A stretch of 24,077 nt of DNA. Source: a virus. Its lineage: Duplodnaviria; Caudoviricetes. The stretch is taken from positions 1-24,077 of IMG/VR virus record IMGVR_UViG_3300044617_000445; one strand, written 5' to 3'. The notes below the pieces were generated by a model. The model ran no database searches. It was not told where the DNA came from and saw only the letters and a list, made by a program, of their open reading frames with translations. Below are positions 21,288 to 24,077 of the stretch, one piece after another. Numbering within the stretch: position 1 is the first letter of the stretch; each line of letters opens with the position of its first letter. The position numbers and the translations under genes are program-made.

Positions 21288-24077
21288 TGAGCCATGCGAT
21301 TCACCGCACGGACTGCTGCATCTCTAGCACCCGATATTGGAATGCCGTCGATAGAGAAGCCCTGTGCATATCTTTCAAGCTCCCTATCGTATTGCGAAGT
21401 CGGCATGTTTTCAAGCCTCTTCCTGTTCTTGAACATTTTGTCAGACATGACGCGCCCGTATTCGCGGACATAAGTTTCAAACTCTTGATCCGATATCGGG
21501 CGACCAACAGCGGCCTGAGCAACACGCCTTGTCGGGAATGATGGACCGCTGCCCTGCTTCAAAATTAGTTCGTTAAGCTCGTTCTCTGGCGTATCCTTCG
21601 GGAAAGAGAAAACAACCGGAACTCCAAGCCTAAACAACCTGTCGCTCCAATCATCCACGCGGGTTGGTTGACCGAGTGCGTTTAGCGATTTGGAACCCAT
21701 CAGCGGTCCCACCATCGGAGTGTTGGCATAGATTGATCCAGTTACGGAAGACCTATCCACCGGATCGTTAATCATATCAGAGATGTTTCTGAAGACCGAA
21801 GCACCGATGCCGGGGATGAATGTCTTGCCGAAGAATCCAAGCTGACCGATAACCTCTTCAGTAGCCCTTCCTTCCTTTGATGCATCAAACAAAGGCTTTG
21901 TGAAGGCGGCGAATGGTCCGCGTTGAGCAAGGGCAAAGAACGCAGAGCTTCCCATCTCGATTGCTTGGTTCAATTCCTCTGGCGACTTTCTGGCTTGATT
22001 CAACTTTCCTTTGATTTGCCAATCGTCCAGCGCACCAGCAAGCATGATTGGGAAGAATAACGCCTCACCACCGCGACCGATGTTGATCGGAATGATTGTT
22101 CCGTTTACAACGATATGGATGCTGTATGGCTTCCACTTCTTGTTCCAAGCGTCGTGGAATTGACGATCCGTTGCGGCATCTGGCCCGTTGCCTGTAATAA
22201 CGATTCGGAATGCCTTATCCTCGTCTTCCTCGTCCGTTGATCCAGAAGCAAGGGCAGCAAGGCCAAGCATGACGATTGATCCGGCAATGGCATCCGTTAG
22301 GCGCTGGCGGTATTGAAGCTCGTTGCCAAGACTCATCTCGTAGCGTTTCTCCCATCCACGCTTGCCAGCTTCTTTCTCACGCCAAATACGGAAGAATCCG
22401 TAAGGCGAATACCAAGCGACATTGTGGAAGACTCGCGCTGGAACAAGGGCAAATCCGTAAAGCATCCTAGAAAATACCTGCATACCGGGAGATGACCTAG
22501 CCGCACTTTCAGCCATCTGCTCAAGGAAGTGGATTGGGTAGTAGGATATAAGTCCTTTGTCGCTCAATCTCTTGTTTTCCGCATCAAGACCTGTGATTGT
22601 AATTTCCCTGTTTCGTCCAACAGAAAGAAGTGCGTCGTTAATTGATGATTCAAGCACTTCTGTAAACGGAACATTCAGCCTTGAAAGTTCCGTCATAACA
22701 AGCGAACGAACCTCCAGATCGGCTAGAACTCCAGCCCTATCAGCGTTCATGCCTTCCGATACGAGTTGTGCCTTCGTCTTGCGGCGAGCCTCAAGAACCT
22801 TCCTTGCGAAAAGCTTCTGCTCATCCTTTGGAATGCTCGTCATCTTCATCGCTTCCAATGCATAGCGCGTGATGTTCTGGCTTTCCAACGAAGTGATCGC
22901 GCCTTGATCAAGAGAGGAGAGGACTCGTCCTGTGATCTGCGCCATACCGACAGACATGTTTAAGAATCCCTTGCCGTATTCTCCATTCTCCCATTGCTTC
23001 TTACCTTTGTTAAACAACTCGCGGAGAGTGTTGTTGCCTGCGAGATACTCAACGACATCGTTGCGGTAGATTTGCGTGCGGAATGCGTAGGAGACTTGAT
23101 CATACCAAGTCCGCATACTTTCCATAAATGTCTCGAAAGCAATCGGGATGTTCTTCGGATCGCTAGTGGAATACCTTGCGATGTCTGTAAAAAGGTTGCG
23201 GATAGAAAACCCAATCGGTGATGCGATGTTTACTAACGCGGTCGGGATACCCATCAGAGCTTGTCCCGTGTAATAGGCTCCAAGCGAGTCACGCAATCGG
23301 ACTGGTAGCTTGGCATCCGCAACGATCTTGTTAATCTCTACGATAGACTCCGTGCGTGTCACATCGTCTACATTCGGATCGGAGATAATCTCGTCCAACT
23401 CTGCAAGGCGTTGGAACTGTTTGTCGGTAAAGCCTGTCCATCCGTTCTGCTCGGCGATGACATTCTCTAGGTTCCTAGAGGGGTCAAGCGCACCCGTGCG
23501 AACTGCCAAGCGAATCTTTTCCAACGCACCCTTGGCAAGCCTTGCGTTTCGGGCGAAGTAATCCTTCCACGGCGCAGACTTGTTCAGCGTGTCCTCAAAT
23601 GCCTTCTGTTGCGCTTTGGCTAGTCGGTCGATGATAATGCTGTTGTAGAGCCGTGCCGCTGTCTCTGCCGCTTTTGTGCTTAACCCTGCCTCACGCAGAT
23701 AGTCGCGGATCACTCCTTCGCGCCAGTCCGGTCCTTGTTGTTGCAGCAGAGGAGTATTCTTAATACGCTCAACAATTGCTCCAAGAGGACCGGCTTCTGC
23801 CGCTTTTTGAATCTCCGTTAACTCGCGGTTCATAAACTTGATCTCATGCTGTCTCCAAGCGAGATCGGCGATAAGCCCAGCCTGCGTCTCGGATACTCCA
23901 GCTTGGACAAGTTTGCCCATAAGCATATTCTTCCAAGGCTCCTTGCGACCCATGTCTGGATTCAAGCGCAAGTCTTGTTGAACAATAGAACGAACGATGT
24001 TGCTCTGCGCCCTTGGGAGCATTGGCGTATCGGACTGCATTCTTGCGAATCCGTCAATAACCGCCTGCGCTTGTCCG
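21284..24077 (-). CDS. Very large helical virion protein (internal/ejection protein-like), C-terminal part only
   Basis: Frame stays open from the track's ATG (24040) to the window edge (GQAQAVIDGFAR-M), so the gene starts outside. Mostly helical, hydrophobic segment 'AIAGSIVMLGLAALA' and 'WKPYSI' motif as in C-termini of podoviral ejection / large polyvalent proteins. Confidence 0.65.
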   Translation of the reverse strand, partial: GQAQAVIDGFARMQSDTPMLPRAQSNIVRSIVQQDLRLNPDMGRKEPWKNMLMGKLVQAGVSETQAGLIADLAWRQHEIKFMNRELTEIQKAAEAGPLGAIVERIKNTPLLQQQGPDWREGVIRDYLREAGLSTKAAETAARLYNSIIIDRLAKAQQKAFEDTLNKSAPWKDYFARNARLAKGALEKIRLAVRTGALDPSRNLENVIAEQNGWTGFTDKQFQRLAELDEIISDPNVDDVTRTESIVEINKIVADAKLPVRLRDSLGAYYTGQALMGIPTALVNIASPIGFSIRNLFTDIARYSTSDPKNIPIAFETFMESMRTWYDQVSYAFRTQIYRNDVVEYLAGNNTLRELFNKGKKQWENGEYGKGFLNMSVGMAQITGRVLSSLDQGAITSLESQNITRYALEAMKMTSIPKDEQKLFARKVLEARRKTKAQLVSEGMNADRAGVLADLEVRSLVMTELSRLNVPFTEVLESSINDALLSVGRNREITITGLDAENKRLSDKGLISYYPIHFLEQMAESAARSSPGMQVFSRMLYGFALVPARVFHNVAWYSPYGFFRIWREKEAGKRGWEKRYEMSLGNELQYRQRLTDAIAGSIVMLGLAALASGSTDEEDEDKAFRIVITGNGPDAATDRQFHDAWNKKWKPYSIHIVVNGTIIPINIGRGGEALFFPIMLAGALDDWQIKGKLNQARKSPEELNQAIEMGSSAFFALAQRGPFAAFTKPLFDASKEGRATEEVIGQLGFFGKTFIPGIGASVFRNISDMINDPVDRSSVTGSIYANTPMVGPLMGSKSLNALGQPTRVDDWSDRLFRLGVPVVFSFPKDTPENELNELILKQGSGPSFPTRRVAQAAVGRPISDQEFETYVREYGRVMSDKMFKNRKRLENMPTSQYDRELERYAQGFSIDGIPISGARDAAVRAVNRMAQ

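Noticed and set aside
24038-24057. TTGACG-N11-ATG before the track's 918-aa start
   Set aside because: Imperfect motif, different spacing, and the frame is open upstream, so it is probably an internal Met.

Overview
Tailed-phage (Caudoviricetes) virion-morphogenesis DNA. Almost all genes are on the minus strand; no tRNA, rRNA, CRISPR array or IS was seen. The window holds two apparently unrelated head modules in tandem. The right part (about 4283-24077, moderate GC) is podovirus-like: a truncated very large virion/ejection-type protein, a translationally coupled cluster of glycosyltransferases (GT9-like plus GT-A fusion, exostosin/GT47-like, GT-A-like) and three SAM methyltransferases, an inverted terminase large subunit, portal, scaffold, a 395-aa major capsid protein and fibre genes. 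The left part (1-4282, GC-rich) has further fibre-like genes and a second, lambda-like head module (protease/scaffold, decoration protein and a truncated major capsid protein missing from the ORF track). The most interesting signals are the glycan-building cluster among late structural genes (candidate virion glycosylation system with a shared PPGxWR N-terminal module), the two capsid modules (real mosaic or assembly chimera), two structured non-coding RNA candidates ahead of head genes, a TTGACA-N13/14-ATG motif marking a nested scaffold start, and a DGGxF/IKLKR chain among fibre genes. All family assignments come from motif recognition by eye, not from database searches.
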